Assembly: GCA_963787255.1 (NCBI GenBank)
Contig: CAWBCJ010000010.1
Location: 128,001 to 192,000 of the forward strand
Source: Methanobacteriota archaeon
GTDB taxonomy: Archaea > Methanobacteriota > Methanobacteria > Methanobacteriales > Methanobacteriaceae
Direction of reading: 5' to 3'
Length of the DNA stretch: 64,000 nt
Shown here: in pieces, positions 11,216 through 22,987 of the stretch
Layout: every line of letters starts with the position of its first letter
Numbering within the stretch: the first letter of the stretch is position 1
Program-made: the position numbers and the translations under genes
Notes under the pieces: model-generated
What the model was told of the DNA's origin: nothing
The model's database searches: none
The model's input: only the letters and a program-made list of their open reading frames with translations

Positions 11216-13216
11216 TCAAACAGTTTTAAGATAACCTGTCGTAGGCTCAAATACCAGCCCTTGCTGCTTTAATTTTGTGATTATCTGTTCTACTTTTTCT
11301 TCACTTACATTGTACCTGTCTGACATTTCATCTGTAAGTATGCTAACTGGTACTCTGCCTCCGTATTCATCACTTAATTCTTTAATGATATCTAGGAGAA
11401 CCCTAGCTTTGTCACGCTCGGATTTTGGTGTACGTCCTTCTACTTTATCTATATCAACTTTACCCGTTTCTGGATCAAGTCCGACCTGTTTCATACATTC
11501 CTGTTGTAGTTTAATGGCTCTTTTTGCATCAATATCTGTAACTTTTTTTCCTAGGCGTATTTTACAGTTTGCTTCAGATAAACGAACTAATGCTTCAAGT
11601 TGACGCGCTGTAATTGGAACTGGGGAGTCGTCATCATCGGCGCTGCTCCTCATTCCAACGTAAAATTCTTGAAGGACCTCAATAGCGCCATTTGTAAGTT
11701 TCGGCTTCACTTGCTTTCTTGCATATGCAATATATTTTCTTAAAAGTTCAGGATCAATTTCAAAAGGTATTTCAGCATTTTTATGTATATTTAAAATATG
11801 TTTTGCTAGTTTTCTATCCTTTTCAGCGTTAGGTTTATCTTCAACTACAAATATTAGGTCAAATCTTGAAAGAATTGGGGATGGAAGATTTATTTGTTCT
11901 GCAATTGATTTATATCGGTCAAATCTTCCAAATTTGGGGTTTGCAGCTGCAAGCATAGCACATCTGGAGTTTAAAGTTGCCATAATACCGGCTTTTGCAA
12001 TACTGATGGTTTGCTGCTCTAACGCTTCGTGTATGGCTGACCGATCTTCAGACCGCATTTTGTCTAACTCGTCTACACAAACGTTACCTCGGTCTCCTAA
12101 GACTAATGCACCTGCTTCAAGTGACCATCCTCCCAGATCGTCTTTTACGGCAGCTGCAGTAAGTCCCACACCACTTGTACCTTTACCACTGGTATAAATA
12201 CCACGCGGAGCGAGCTTTGAAACATATTTAAGCATCTGAGATTTACCAATACCAGGATCTCCCACAATTAGAATGTGTACATCTCCTCTGATTCTGGTTT
12301 TATCCTCTAGCTCTTTTGCGACACCTCCGAATAATTGAAGAGCTATAGCTTCTTTAACTTCCCTATAACCCTGAATTGAAGGTGCTGTAGAATTAATAAT
12401 TTTATTATACACGTCTGGATCTTTTGCAAGTTCTTTTATTTTTTCTTCATCTTCTTCGCTTATTTGAAGCTCTTCGAATTCCTGTTCGAGCGCTTCAATG
12501 TAATTACAGTAAATATAATTTTTAAAAAGCTTTGTTTTCTCATCCCGAACGGTTTTCAAAGTTCCAGTAATCCTTATAATATCTCCGGGAGTTACATTAT
12601 CTACCAGGTCGTCTTCTAGGACAACGTTAATTTGTCTCGGTTGTTCTCCTCCGGATAGGTTTTCGAGGGGTTCTTGAAGTTTGGTAGTTTGGGTATCTAA
12701 AAATTCTGATTCTTCTTGGAGTAATCTGAATGATCTGCCTCCACAGTCATTACAGAGCGCTGGTTCGCTGATCATATTGCTTTTTTGAGGTACTTCATGA
12801 AGTCTCATGCAGCTTCTACATTCAAACATTGCATTAATAATTCTTGGACGGATTTCATTGGTTTTTCTAATAATTCCATCCACGGCAACGAATTTACCGA
12901 TATATTTACTTCTTAGTTCCCTTAAGGGAATGTTATTGGTCAAATTCTCAAATCTAACTTGTAAATCTGCATTTTTACGGGTGGTGTCTATGTTTTTTAT
13001 TGCTTTTTGAGAGGCTTTTATAACTTCTTCTGGCTTTTCTATTAGTAAATCTGCTAGATCAGGATCGAACATTTCAAGTTGAAGGTAATTTACAACTACT
13101 GATCGTTTATCCGGATATTTTTCAAGTGCTTCAAAGATTGCGCCCTTGTATTCGGTGCTGAAAAAATCTTCAAATTTGGCTACGGATGTTTTTGATTTTT
13201 CTGTTATGGTGTCCAT
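11216..13216 (-). CDS. mcm: Replicative DNA helicase MCM
   Basis: GDPGIGKS Walker [10 protein letters not shown] Walker B, SRFD arginine finger, zinc finger; no intein. Confidence 0.98.
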   Translation of the reverse strand: MDTITEKSKTSVAKFEDFFSTEYKGAIFEALEKYPDKRSVVVNYLQLEMFDPDLADLLIEKPEEVIKASQKAIKNIDTTRKNADLQVRFENLTNNIPLRELRSKYIGKFVAVDGIIRKTNEIRPRIINAMFECRSCMRLHEVPQKSNMISEPALCNDCGGRSFRLLQEESEFLDTQTTKLQEPLENLSGGEQPRQINVVLEDDLVDNVTPGDIIRITGTLKTVRDEKTKLFKNYIYCNYIEALEQEFEELQISEEDEEKIKELAKDPDVYNKIINSTAPSIQGYREVKEAIALQLFGGVAKELEDKTRIRGDVHILIVGDPGIGKSQMLKYVSKLAPRGIYTSGKGTSGVGLTAAAVKDDLGGWSLEAGALVLGDRGNVCVDELDKMRSEDRSAIHEALEQQTISIAKAGIMATLNSRCAMLAAANPKFGRFDRYKSIAEQINLPSPILSRFDLIFVVEDKPNAEKDRKLAKHILNIHKNAEIPFEIDPELLRKYIAYARKQVKPKLTNGAIEVLQEFYVGMRSSADDDDSPVPITARQLEALVRLSEANCKIRLGKKVTDIDAKRAIKLQQECMKQVGLDPETGKVDIDKVEGRTPKSERDKARVLLDIIKELSDEYGGRVPVSILTDEMSDRYNVSEEKVEQIITKLKQQGLVFEPTTGYLKTV

Positions 13217-13382
13217 TATAAATATATCTGTGATTTATAATAATATTCTTTACTATTAAAATGGAAGATGTATGTCACTAAATAGTTACTTAATTATAAC
13301 TATTTATATGATATAAAACAAGAATTAAATTTGTTTATAATTATTTTTTGTATTTTATATTAAATGTTCACATGGTGATTAA

Positions 13383-13817
13383 ATGAAGAGATCAAGATTA
13401 AATCTATTTAAGGCGACATCAATGACAATATCCCTTCTGGGTATAATTATGATATTAGCTACAGTAGGGGTTTTTGCTTATATTGGTGTTCAGGGGTTAT
13501 CTTCCAAGGTTTCAGCTAATGTGGACAGTGGTTCGGCCTATGATCAGCTGGCTGCATTAAGATCTGAATATTCTACTTTAAGTGCTCAGTTTGATGTAGT
13601 AAAAAATAAGGCTAATAGATATGGAAGTAAAAAAGTTAAAAGTGACGCGTATAATGCACAAATTGAGCTTGTGAAAGCTAATTCTGCAGTTGCAGATGTA
13701 GAAAGTGCTTTATCATCTAATCTTTCTGCAGAAGAGGTAACTAATAGGATTAGTGTTGCTACTAATCAGCTTCAAATAGCAAAGGATAATATAAATAAAG
13801 TTAAAGGTGAAACTTGA
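13383..13817 (+). CDS. Membrane-anchored coiled-coil hypothetical protein
   Basis: N-terminal TM helix, helical A/S-rich ectodomain; SD GGTGA. Confidence 0.75.
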   Translation: MKRSRLNLFKATSMTISLLGIIMILATVGVFAYIGVQGLSSKVSANVDSGSAYDQLAALRSEYSTLSAQFDVVKNKANRYGSKKVKSDAYNAQIELVKANSAVADVESALSSNLSAEEVTNRISVATNQLQIAKDNINKVKGET

Positions 13818-13864
13818 ATATAGAAAGTTAAAACTAGGTTGGAATAAAAAAAAGGTATTGTGTG

Positions 13865-14032
13865 TTAAAAGGCCATTTCAAGTGTGTCATTGAATTTTTC
13901 ATTGATTTTGCACTGTAGTGCTTGCCTTGCATCTCTTTCACGTAATGCTAGGCTAATTGCCCTTTGGGCCATATCTTCTAGCTCTTCACGTGGTAGTTCT
14001 TTAATTCGGCGTTCTAAAGTGTCTTTTTTCAT
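13865..14032 (-). CDS. Small hypothetical protein (likely start MKKDTLE; ORF open to 14095)
   Basis: Helical charged ORF. Confidence 0.55.
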   Translation of the reverse strand: MKKDTLERRIKELPREELEDMAQRAISLALRERDARQALQCKINEKFNDTLEMAF

Positions 14033-14516
14033 GTATTCACTTTCAAGTAAGAAATAAAATGAGTTTTGGAAAAGTTCTTCTTTCTTGTCTCTCATAGCAT
14101 ATTATATTGATTTTCATCATTTATAAATTTTACTGCTTTTATTTTGTAAATACACCTTTGAAATAAAGTATTATGGAAAGAGATAATTAATACTTTATCT
14201 AATTTTCGTAATACTCTATTTCCTATACGAACTATAATTAATACTTCTTCAGGACTATTATAATAATTAATATATATAAACTTTTACTCCCGATAGCTTC
14301 CAACGGAATGAAATAGAAGAATAATGAATATTTAGGAAGAATAAAGTTCAATATCTGCCATAAATGTCCAAAAATATAAAAATAAATTACTTAAATTCTC
14401 CATCAGTTCATTAGAACTGATATTTTTTGCATCTTGAACATCCCTGATCTATATTCTGCATTTTACTAGACTACCATAATATGTTTTCTGGTCTTAAAAA
14501 TTAATTTTAAACGTTA

Positions 14517-14657
14517 TTACTTGTACATGGGTCCTGTACGTATAAGAATACCGATTATAATGACAATTAAGAAAATAATAATGCAGGCAAGTATTAACTG
14601 TATTTTTATCTTTTTTTCTCTTTCAACCTGAATTTTTGATTTTTTCTCATCTGCCAT
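14517..14657 (-). CDS. Small single-pass membrane protein (46 aa), not in ORF track
   Basis: MADEKKSKIQVEREKKIKIQLILACIIIFLIVIIIGILIRTGPMYK: charged N-terminus plus one TM helix. Confidence 0.55.
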   Translation of the reverse strand: MADEKKSKIQVEREKKIKIQLILACIIIFLIVIIIGILIRTGPMYK

Positions 14658-15005
14658 TATCCATTAATTCTGTTTTTTGTAGTCAATTAAATTTATGAAT
14701 ATTTTCCAGGAATCATTCACTATTTCTTTAAATAATATAAATTGGTTTTTCAAAAACCTATCATTTCTTTTTTTTGAACAAGACATTTTTAAAAAAAATA
14801 ATATTAAAATGCAGCTGCAAGGAGTGCACAAGCTAAAGCAGTATTCTTTGTCTCTTCATAGTGCTCACGCACTCTTTTTTCATTGATGAATTCTAATATT
14901 TTTATAATTTGCGATGAATAAGATGCAAATAAGAAAATAATTTCAATGGTTATATAATTACGATATTTTATAAAAAAAATTGCATTCAATTTATAGTATT
15001 AAAAC

Positions 15006-15611
15006 CTAATATTTTCCCATCGCTATTATATACATTTCAACGCTTCCCTTTTTTGAAGAGGGAGGTTTTGTGGTTTTAACAGTTTTAAACTTCTTCTTAA
15101 CTTTTTTAAGGTAATCTTCAAATCCTTCCCCCTGAAAGACTTTTATAATCATGCTGCCATCGATTTTCAAAATGAAATCAGCTATTTTCAGAGCATTTTC
15201 TGCAATATCAATGGATTTTAGCTGATCAATATCTTTTATTCCCGTTAATTTAGGTGCAGCATCAGATAAAATCACATCAGCATTCCATTCTAGTTCGCTT
15301 TCAATTTTATCCACAACTTCTTTCTTTGTAAAATCTCCTGTAATCTGTACAAAGTTTCCCTCTTCAAAAGGCCTAATCCTTTGAAGATCCACTGCAATAA
15401 CTTTACCTTCTTCTCCCACAATGTCTAAAGCTACCTGAGACCACCCACCGGGAGCAGCACCTAAATCAACCACATAATCACGAGATTTAATAATTCTAAA
15501 CTTCTTATTAAGCTGTAATAGTTTATAAGATGCTCTAGAACGATACATTTCCTTTTTTGCCATTTTATAATAATGTTCTCTCTTTTTTTCAACTTCCCAT
15601 TGTTTTCCCAT
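15006..15611 (-). CDS. rlmE: 23S rRNA 2'-O-methyltransferase RlmE/RrmJ
   Basis: [27 protein letters not shown] and KPPSS motifs; likely start MGKQW. Confidence 0.95.
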   Translation of the reverse strand: MGKQWEVEKKREHYYKMAKKEMYRSRASYKLLQLNKKFRIIKSRDYVVDLGAAPGGWSQVALDIVGEEGKVIAVDLQRIRPFEEGNFVQITGDFTKKEVVDKIESELEWNADVILSDAAPKLTGIKDIDQLKSIDIAENALKIADFILKIDGSMIIKVFQGEGFEDYLKKVKKKFKTVKTTKPPSSKKGSVEMYIIAMGKY

Positions 15612-15633
15612 GATACACATTCCTAACAGTTTA

Positions 15634-16161
15634 TCAATCTTTCTTAGATTCAAAATTAAGCGCTTTACAAGTTGAATCCCCAATTTTTACTATTTGAGCA
15701 TCTATTTCTCTGTTATCAATGTCTAGAAGCATAACAGATGGATCAGACAATCGGGGAACAGTAGCACTACCCGGATTCAACATAAGCACGTTTCCAATCT
15801 CTTTTATGAATGGCCAGTGAGTATGGCCAGTAATAAGCACCTCTACTCCCATTTCCATTGCTATATATTTCAATTGTTGGGTATCTCCTCTTGGATAAAC
15901 TTCGCCGTGATTAATACCAATTTTCAGACCTTCAATTTCAATAAAAATGTTTTTAGGTAATTTAATACCATAAGCTCTATCCATGTTTCCTTGAGAACAT
16001 TTAGTAGGAGCTATTTGTTCAAGTTCTTTTAAAACGTCAAAAGAAACCAGATCGCCGGCATGTAAAATTAGATCAACATCTTTAAATACTTCAAAAACTA
16101 TTTCTGGTATTTTTGAAGCCCTTTCAGGGATATGAGTATCAGACATAACGCCAATTAACAT
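15634..16161 (-). CDS. MJ0936/YfcE-type metallophosphoesterase
   Basis: SDTH, HAGD, GNMD, GHTH and NPGS motifs. Confidence 0.92.
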   Translation of the reverse strand: MLIGVMSDTHIPERASKIPEIVFEVFKDVDLILHAGDLVSFDVLKELEQIAPTKCSQGNMDRAYGIKLPKNIFIEIEGLKIGINHGEVYPRGDTQQLKYIAMEMGVEVLITGHTHWPFIKEIGNVLMLNPGSATVPRLSDPSVMLLDIDNREIDAQIVKIGDSTCKALNFESKKD

Positions 16162-16584
16162 TTAATTTCTCCTTTCAAACACCAAATCATTTAACATTAT
16201 TATGTATGGTTTCTATAAAAAATATTGTGCAGATTTAAATATAAAAAAATAAAACTAACAAAATTTTAGATATTTATATTATAACTTCATATTTTAAATA
16301 AAATGCCCAATAAAACACTAAAACGCTTTATAAAACTCTAAATTTAATTATTTAAACGAAAATACCATTTTTAAATTAACTACATAAATAGATAACTCTT
16401 ATTGGATGGAAGTTTATTATCGTATAACCTTAAATAATACCATGTTCACAAATACTATAGTTATATATTTACCATAAAAATTATTATAAAAGTATCTAAC
16501 TAATTATTATTAAATTTAAATTAATATGACAAAAATCAGAATTAATATATTAACATTAATTTGAGTATTATTTTGAGTGATATC

Positions 16585-18714
16585 ATGCATGAAGTCATAA
16601 TTTGTGAAAAGCCAAAATCATCAGAAAAAATAGCAAAAGCGCTGTCAAAAAATACTAAGAAAAACAGCTATAAAAAAGTTTCATATTACGAGTTTGAAGA
16701 AAATGGGAAAAAAACCACAGTATTATCCGCAGTAGGTCATTTATATTCCCTTTCCCCAACTAGTTCAGGACAGGAAAAGATTTTTGATGTAGATTGGGTT
16801 CCACTTTATGAAAAAGATAAACAGAAAAAATACGTCAAAGGATATGTAGACGCCATCAAAAAGCTTTCTAAAGGCGCTGATAAATTTATTCATGCCTGCG
16901 ATTACGATATAGAAGGGACTTTGATAGGGTATAACGCATTAAAATATGGATGCGGTGAAGAAAGTGTAAATAATGCTACAAGGATGAAATTTTCAACATT
17001 AACAAAAGAAGATATCCTTAAAGCTTATGAAAATCCTATTGATGTCGATTTTAGACAAGTTGACAGCGGTATTGCAAGACACGTTCTGGATTTCCTTTTT
17101 GGAGTAAACATATCCAAATATCTCACAGATTCTGTAAGAGCAGCAACATCAAGATATGTTCAGCTTTCAGCAGGACGGGTACAAACTCCCACACTTTCTA
17201 TACTTGTAGATAGAGAAAAAGAGATTAAAAAATTCATACCTGTTCCTTACTGGCTTATAAAAGCCGCCCTTGAAGGAGATATAATAGCTGATCATAAAGC
17301 CGGTAAAATATTTGAAAGAAAAGATGCTGAAAGCATTCTGTCTGAATGTGAAGGCGGAGATGCTGTTGTAAATGACGTTATTTTAAGGGAAAATAAGAGA
17401 GCACCACCTTTTCCATTTGATCTAGGAAGTCTTCAATCTGAAGCTTATGGAGTATTTGGATTCAGCCCTAAAAAGACCCAACAATTAGCACAAAACCTTT
17501 ATACTGAAGGATACACTTCTTATCCTCGTACTTCATCCCAAAAACTTCCAAAGAGTATTGGATACGATAAGATACTTAAAAAGTTAAGTAAAAGCACTGC
17601 ATTTAAAAAACATGTAGACGCGCTTAAAAAACCTTTAAAACCAAATGAAGGTAAAAAAACAGATGAAGCACACCCTGCTATCCACCCAACAGGTACACTA
17701 CCAAAGAATTTGGATACAGATGACCAAAAACTCTATGAACTTATAACTTATAGATTTATATCCGTATTTGGTGAAGATGGAATTCAAGAATCCCTGAAAA
17801 CAGATTTAGAGATTAATTCACAGAAATTCACATTCAGCAGGAAGAGAATGGCTAAAATGGGATGGCTGGACCATTATCCATTTAGGAAGATTGAAAATGA
17901 AGTGTTCCCTGAAATTAAAAAAGGAGACATTTTAAAGGTTAAAGAAATTATCGATGAAGAAAAGGAAACAAAACCGCCGGCAAGGTACAATCAGGCGTCT
18001 CTTATAAGGGAACTTGAAAAAAGAGGTCTGGGAACAAAATCCACCAGAGCAAACATAATTTCCATTCTTTTTGACAGAAAATACATCGAAGGTACTAAAA
18101 TAAAGGTCAACAAACTGGGTGAACACCTTATTGATACTTTAAGGGAATATTCAAACAAGATTACAAGCGAAGAGTTGACAAGACAGTTTGAAATGGAACT
18201 TGAAGGCATCATGGAAGATAAAATCACAAAAGATCAGGTTATTGAAGAAGCTAAAGTAGAACTCACATCCATCCTCGATGACATTAAAAAGAACAAAAAA
18301 GAAATAGGCGAAAAGCTTTACGATGCTTACCAAGAAAGTAGAATCGTAGGGGAATGTAAATGCGGTGGAAATCTTGTCATGAAGTATTCTCCTAGAACAA
18401 AGGGTACTTTTGTAGGTTGTTCTGCTTATCCTAAGTGTAAAGTTACTTACCCTATACCTCGAGGTAGCAGCGTGTTGAAAACCAAATGTGAAAAATGTGA
18501 TCTTCCAATGATTTCATTTGGAAAACCTCGCCAGAGAGCCTGCATGGATCCAAAATGCGGTAGGGAAGGTAAAGAACCCACAAATGAAGTTGTTGGTATT
18601 TGTCCGCAGTGTGGAAATCAATTAATTAAAAGAATGGGTAGGTACGGAGAGTTTATTGGTTGCAGTGGTTTTCCAAAGTGCAGATTTACAAAATCAGTCG
18701 AGCAGGAAGCTTAG
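16585..18714 (+). CDS. topA: Type IA DNA topoisomerase
   Basis: Toprim (CEKP, DYDIEG), SAGRVQTP, catalytic SYPRT, C-terminal zinc ribbons. Confidence 0.96.
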   Translation: MHEVIICEKPKSSEKIAKALSKNTKKNSYKKVSYYEFEENGKKTTVLSAVGHLYSLSPTSSGQEKIFDVDWVPLYEKDKQKKYVKGYVDAIKKLSKGADKFIHACDYDIEGTLIGYNALKYGCGEESVNNATRMKFSTLTKEDILKAYENPIDVDFRQVDSGIARHVLDFLFGVNISKYLTDSVRAATSRYVQLSAGRVQTPTLSILVDREKEIKKFIPVPYWLIKAALEGDIIADHKAGKIFERKDAESILSECEGGDAVVNDVILRENKRAPPFPFDLGSLQSEAYGVFGFSPKKTQQLAQNLYTEGYTSYPRTSSQKLPKSIGYDKILKKLSKSTAFKKHVDALKKPLKPNEGKKTDEAHPAIHPTGTLPKNLDTDDQKLYELITYRFISVFGEDGIQESLKTDLEINSQKFTFSRKRMAKMGWLDHYPFRKIENEVFPEIKKGDILKVKEIIDEEKETKPPARYNQASLIRELEKRGLGTKSTRANIISILFDRKYIEGTKIKVNKLGEHLIDTLREYSNKITSEELTRQFEMELEGIMEDKITKDQVIEEAKVELTSILDDIKKNKKEIGEKLYDAYQESRIVGECKCGGNLVMKYSPRTKGTFVGCSAYPKCKVTYPIPRGSSVLKTKCEKCDLPMISFGKPRQRACMDPKCGREGKEPTNEVVGICPQCGNQLIKRMGRYGEFIGCSGFPKCRFTKSVEQEA

Positions 18715-19020
18715 CAGCTTGTATATAACTCTTAAATATTTAATTATGGCTTGAAATACAGTCATATTAATTTTTTAATAAAAATTGTTTTTTATAAGCC
18801 TATTAATTTTTAAAAATTCTTTTTATCATTTTATTTTGAATAAAATTTTTCAAATCAGATCCTTTAGAACTTTATAATCCCTTATTATCAAATGTATTTT
18901 TTTTAATTAGGTTTTATGGCATCATTTATGAGTTAGAACGTCATTAAAAAGAAAAAGATTTTTATGTTAAATTATACTAACATTTATTATTAAATATTAT
19001 AACTTTTAGGGGGTAGATTA

Positions 19021-19764
19021 ATGATTTCTTTAGGTAGGAAATTTGTGGCAGAGGTTTTAGGAACTTTTCTTTTAGTTTTTTTTGGAACCGCCGCTGTAGT
19101 AGTAACACTGGCACTGGTTAATGGTATATGGACTCCAAATGCTTTTAATACCGGTATAACCATGGCAGATTGGCTGGCTATTAATGCAGTGTTTGGTATA
19201 GCACTTGCTATAGGTATTTATGCTTTTGGAAATGTATCAGGTGCTCATTTCAACCCTGCAGTAACTATTGCCTTGTGGGCAGTTAAAAAATTCCCCGGTA
19301 AAGATGTTGGCCCTTATATTTTGGCTCAACTTGTAGGTGCAACCATTGCCAGTCTTTTATTAGCATTATGCTTAGGTATGGCGGCTGTAAACTTTAATCT
19401 GGGTGCAACTGTTCCATTCTATAATTTTGGATATATTAATGCTATTGCTGTAGAAGCTGTGGGAACATTTATCCTAATGTTAGCTGTAATGGCCGTAGTA
19501 AATAAAAGAGTTGAACCGGGTATTGCAGGCTTAATTGTTGGTCTATCTATAACAGCATCTTTAACAGTGATATCAAATGTTACAGGTGGTTCTATAAACC
19601 CCGCAAGGACATTCGGGCCTTACTTGGCAGACACGCTTTTAGGCGGGGCAAATTTCTGGTATTACTTCCCCATATATATAATTGGACCAATAATTGGAGC
19701 TTTAATAGCAGCATTTGTTTACAACTATGTTGAAAGTGGAATAGAAGAAAGTAAAGGTAAGTAG
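19021..19764 (+). CDS. MIP family aquaporin (AqpM-like)
   Basis: Two NPA motifs (HFNPAVT, SINPART). Confidence 0.93.
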   Translation: MISLGRKFVAEVLGTFLLVFFGTAAVVVTLALVNGIWTPNAFNTGITMADWLAINAVFGIALAIGIYAFGNVSGAHFNPAVTIALWAVKKFPGKDVGPYILAQLVGATIASLLLALCLGMAAVNFNLGATVPFYNFGYINAIAVEAVGTFILMLAVMAVVNKRVEPGIAGLIVGLSITASLTVISNVTGGSINPARTFGPYLADTLLGGANFWYYFPIYIIGPIIGALIAAFVYNYVESGIEESKGK

Positions 19765-19883
19765 AATAGAAAAAAATTAATTTTTTCCTTTCTTTTTTTT
19801 TAAGATTAGTCTTATTTTAATTCAGGCAAATTGGGTCATATCTAATTTTTTCTACTTTTTTTTTATTCAATAAGTGATGAATG

Positions 19884-19954
19884 AAGTCTCTAGCTGACTT
19901 TTTTTATCCTCTGACTTACAAAGTCATTAAACAAGGTTGCATAGCCTCTAAATT
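19884..19954 (-). ncRNA. Putative structured RNA motif, copy downstream of the TRAM gene (no ORF follows)
   Basis: 57/71 ungapped identity with 20583-20653; stem UGACUUU/AAAGUCA. Confidence 0.55.
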
Positions 19955-20230
19955 ACATTTAAGACTTTAAAATCTACTTATTGCGTGCAATAAATTTCTA
20001 CTATTTTTTAAAATATAGCGGCCTTGTGGCTAAAAATAGTCGAGTTTAACGAAATATTTTATTATTGAGTTTAAAAAAAAACAAGAAATAGATAAATTAA
20101 ATTTTAAAGCTCATGACCAACAGCTTTAATGATTAAAGATATCTTAATTATAATAAAAACCTTTAATGTATCAATTATAATTTAAAGCATTAATATAGAT
20201 TATGAGCATTAAAAATTAACTTAAATTTAG

Positions 20231-20443
20231 CTATTCTACTATTTCTGCAAAAGCGAAATTTCTTCTTACGGAATTAACTCTAATTTTAACTTCATCGCCC
20301 ACTTTTGCTCCAGATACAAAAACAATGAAGCCTTCTATTTTAGCAATTCCGTCTCCATCTTTCCCCATATCTTCAATTTTAACATCGTATTCTTCTCCTT
20401 CATTTATAGGAGCAATATTTCCTCTATTATCTCTTCCAAACAA
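20231..20443 (-). CDS. Single TRAM domain RNA chaperone (archaeal cold-shock-type protein)
   Basis: [28 protein letters not shown]...FAFAEIV. Confidence 0.93.
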   Translation of the reverse strand: MFGRDNRGNIAPINEGEEYDVKIEDMGKDGDGIAKIEGFIVFVSGAKVGDEVKIRVNSVRRNFAFAEIVE

Positions 20444-20582
20444 TTCATCACATCCTTAAATATAGCTAATAAAATGGTTTATACAATTTTTTATTTTGGA
20501 TACTATATAAAATGATGCATATAAAAGAAAAATGAGAAAAATTAAAGTACCCTTAGGATTAACTCTCATTCTACAATATAAT

Positions 20583-20653
20583 AAGTCTTTAGTGGACTTT
20601 TTTTATCCTCTGACTTACAAAGTCCGTCGAACAGGAAGTATAGCCATTAAATT
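20583..20653 (-). promoter_or_regulatory. Putative structured 5'-leader RNA element of the TRAM gene
   Basis: Second copy of the 71-nt motif, 140-210 nt upstream of the TRAM start; stem GGACUUU/AAAGUCC. Confidence 0.6.
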
Positions 20654-20783
20654 GGATATAAGGCTTGAATATGAGATTATATGGAATATTGAGTATCATT
20701 ACTTTTTTTATTTGAAAATTTAGAATTTAAATACTTTATAAGATAAAAAGAAATTTAAGAAATAAGTAATAATAATATTCATT

Positions 20784-21716
20784 ATGGTTATTACAAAATT
20801 TGATAAGGAAAAATTTCTTAAATTTATCAAATTAGGAAAACCCCACCTAGCAGGTAGTTTATTTTTTTATTTTTCTATAGGGGCATTACTTGCCATTTTA
20901 TTCAATGCACAATTCGATTTAAGTAAATTTATACTGGGATGGATCATAATATTTTTGTCTGGATGGGCAGTTCATTACCATAATGATTACTTTGATTTTA
21001 AAACAGACCATTATACAATACCCACTGCTATTTCTGGTGGCAGCGGGATCCTAATAGAACATCCTGAATGGAGAAAATTATCACTAATAATGGCCATCAC
21101 ATTAATTGCTTTGTCTATTGCTCTTTCAATAATTTTTACTTTAATTTTTTCATATCCTACTACTTTTATCTTTTTTGTTATTATTGGTAATATTATAGCA
21201 TGGTTTTACGCTGCTCCCCCTATTAAATTATCTTATCGAGGATTAGGTGAATTTGGAAACACTGCAATTGGTCTTCTATTTCCAGGAATGGGTTATTTTA
21301 CGTTAATGGGAACTTTAAACCTTCCTTTCTTCATTTTTATCATACCGATGTTGTTTTTACAAATGTTATTTGCAAATAGTGTAGAGATCCCGGATATGGA
21401 AGGAGATAGAATTGGGGGTAAAATTACATGGATAGTTTCAAGAGGCCGTAAATTTGGTTTTAAAGTAATTGCAATTTCGGGATTGATGGCCACAATGTCA
21501 TTTCTTTCTTTATCTCTCACAAGTATATTTCCTTCAAATATTGATTTTAGAATACTAGCGATAATATCATTAATTCCACTAAGTTTAGGAATTATAGAGC
21601 TAATAAAGAAACCAATAGATAAAAAATCTGCCACTAAATTCTGCACCTATAATCTTGCTTCAATCATCGTAACAGCAATTTTAATTAATTTTTATTTTAT
21701 ATATCTCATACTATAA
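20784..21716 (+). CDS. UbiA/MenA-like prenyltransferase, copy 1
   Basis: NDYFD and EIPDMEGD aspartate motifs, WFYAAPPIKL, many TM helices. Confidence 0.9.
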   Translation: MVITKFDKEKFLKFIKLGKPHLAGSLFFYFSIGALLAILFNAQFDLSKFILGWIIIFLSGWAVHYHNDYFDFKTDHYTIPTAISGGSGILIEHPEWRKLSLIMAITLIALSIALSIIFTLIFSYPTTFIFFVIIGNIIAWFYAAPPIKLSYRGLGEFGNTAIGLLFPGMGYFTLMGTLNLPFFIFIIPMLFLQMLFANSVEIPDMEGDRIGGKITWIVSRGRKFGFKVIAISGLMATMSFLSLSLTSIFPSNIDFRILAIISLIPLSLGIIELIKKPIDKKSATKFCTYNLASIIVTAILINFYFIYLIL

Positions 21717-21743
21717 GTAAATAATATATTAGACAGGTAGAAA

Positions 21744-22667
21744 ATGAATAAAAACACTGATACTTTATTTAAAATTATTAAGTTAGGAAGACCGCATGTT
21801 TTAGCGGGTAATTTTCTTCTTTTTACCATGGGAGCATTGCTCGCAGTATTATTGAACGCACAATTTAACTTAAACGAATTTATATTTGGATATTCTATTT
21901 TATTTACAGCCCATCTTTCAGTGCATTACAGTAATGATTATTTTGATTTTGAAGCAGATCATTATAATATTCCAAATGCAATTTCAAATGGTAGAGGGAT
22001 TCTTGTTGAAAATCCCTATTTAAAAGAGTTTTCAAAACTATTTTCTATCTTTTTGATGATATTATCTCTTGCTCTTGCAGCAGTTTTTACATTTTTATTC
22101 AGTTATCCTCTAACTTTTTTCTTTTTTTTCTTGTTTGGGAACCTATTAGCATGGTTTTACACAGCTCCTCCTATAAAACTAGTTTATCGAAGATTAGGTG
22201 AAATTGCAAACATAATTGCTGTCATTATTTTTTTAGGTGCAGGTTATTTTACTTTAATGGGAACTTTAGACCTTCCTTTTTTAATTTTTTCTATACCTGT
22301 AATATTTTTGCAAATAATATTCATTAATAGCTTTGAAATACCAGATATGGAGGGGGATAAATTAGGAGGTAAAATCACATGGATAGTATCATGGGGCCGT
22401 GGATTCGGTTTTAAATTGATTGCCATTTCTGCATTTTTAGCCACTCTCTCATTTTTTCTAATTTCATTCACAAATTTATTTCCCGCAAGTATAAATTTCC
22501 GAATACTTACTTTTATATCTTTGATTCCATTGGGTTTAGCATTCATCGGATTATTTAAAAAACCAGTAGATAGAAAATCGGCAACTGAACTTGCAAGCAT
22601 TAATGTTGCATGCCTTTTTTTTATATCGATTTTAGTCAATATTTATTTTATTTATATCTTGATATAA
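21744..22667 (+). CDS. UbiA/MenA-like prenyltransferase, copy 2 (tandem paralog)
   Basis: Same motifs and colinear with copy 1. Confidence 0.9.
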   Translation: MNKNTDTLFKIIKLGRPHVLAGNFLLFTMGALLAVLLNAQFNLNEFIFGYSILFTAHLSVHYSNDYFDFEADHYNIPNAISNGRGILVENPYLKEFSKLFSIFLMILSLALAAVFTFLFSYPLTFFFFFLFGNLLAWFYTAPPIKLVYRRLGEIANIIAVIIFLGAGYFTLMGTLDLPFLIFSIPVIFLQIIFINSFEIPDMEGDKLGGKITWIVSWGRGFGFKLIAISAFLATLSFFLISFTNLFPASINFRILTFISLIPLGLAFIGLFKKPVDRKSATELASINVACLFFISILVNIYFIYILI

Positions 22668-22987
22668 TATTATAAAAACAAAAAGAATTCCTCCGTTCCC
22701 TTATTAAAAGAGAAAAAGATATTATACCCGTTTAAAAATAAAAATATTATTAATTATACATAAATAAAACTCTATACTTTTTTAAATTAAATTTGATACT
22801 TTTTAACAATTTAATGAATTTTTAGTTATTAGACTCTTCATCTTTACTTTTCCCGAAGCCCTTAAGATTATATTAAAGTATCCCTAAAAGGGCATAGAAA
22901 TCCTACCCTACGGTCAATATCACGTATTTTTGGTTGTATATACTCTTTTTTTATAATTGCGGAATATTAAAATTTAAAGAACGCAGA

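Noticed and set aside
11216-13216. Inteins in mcm, topA or cdc48
   Set aside because: Protein lengths and motifs are continuous; no intein blocks or LAGLIDADG motifs seen
19874-19914. Plus-strand box C/D sRNA (GTGATGA...CTGA...CTGA)
   Set aside because: No C' box, and the C box and first CTGA are missing from the second copy of the repeat; kept only as a minor alternative reading
19884-20653. CRISPR array or IS terminal repeats
   Set aside because: Only two direct copies 699 bp apart, with no spacer periodicity, cas genes or transposase
20532-20723. 63-aa plus-strand ORF over the RNA motif
   Set aside because: No SD, unconvincing protein sequence, and no matching ORF at the other copy; overlaps the TRAM leader
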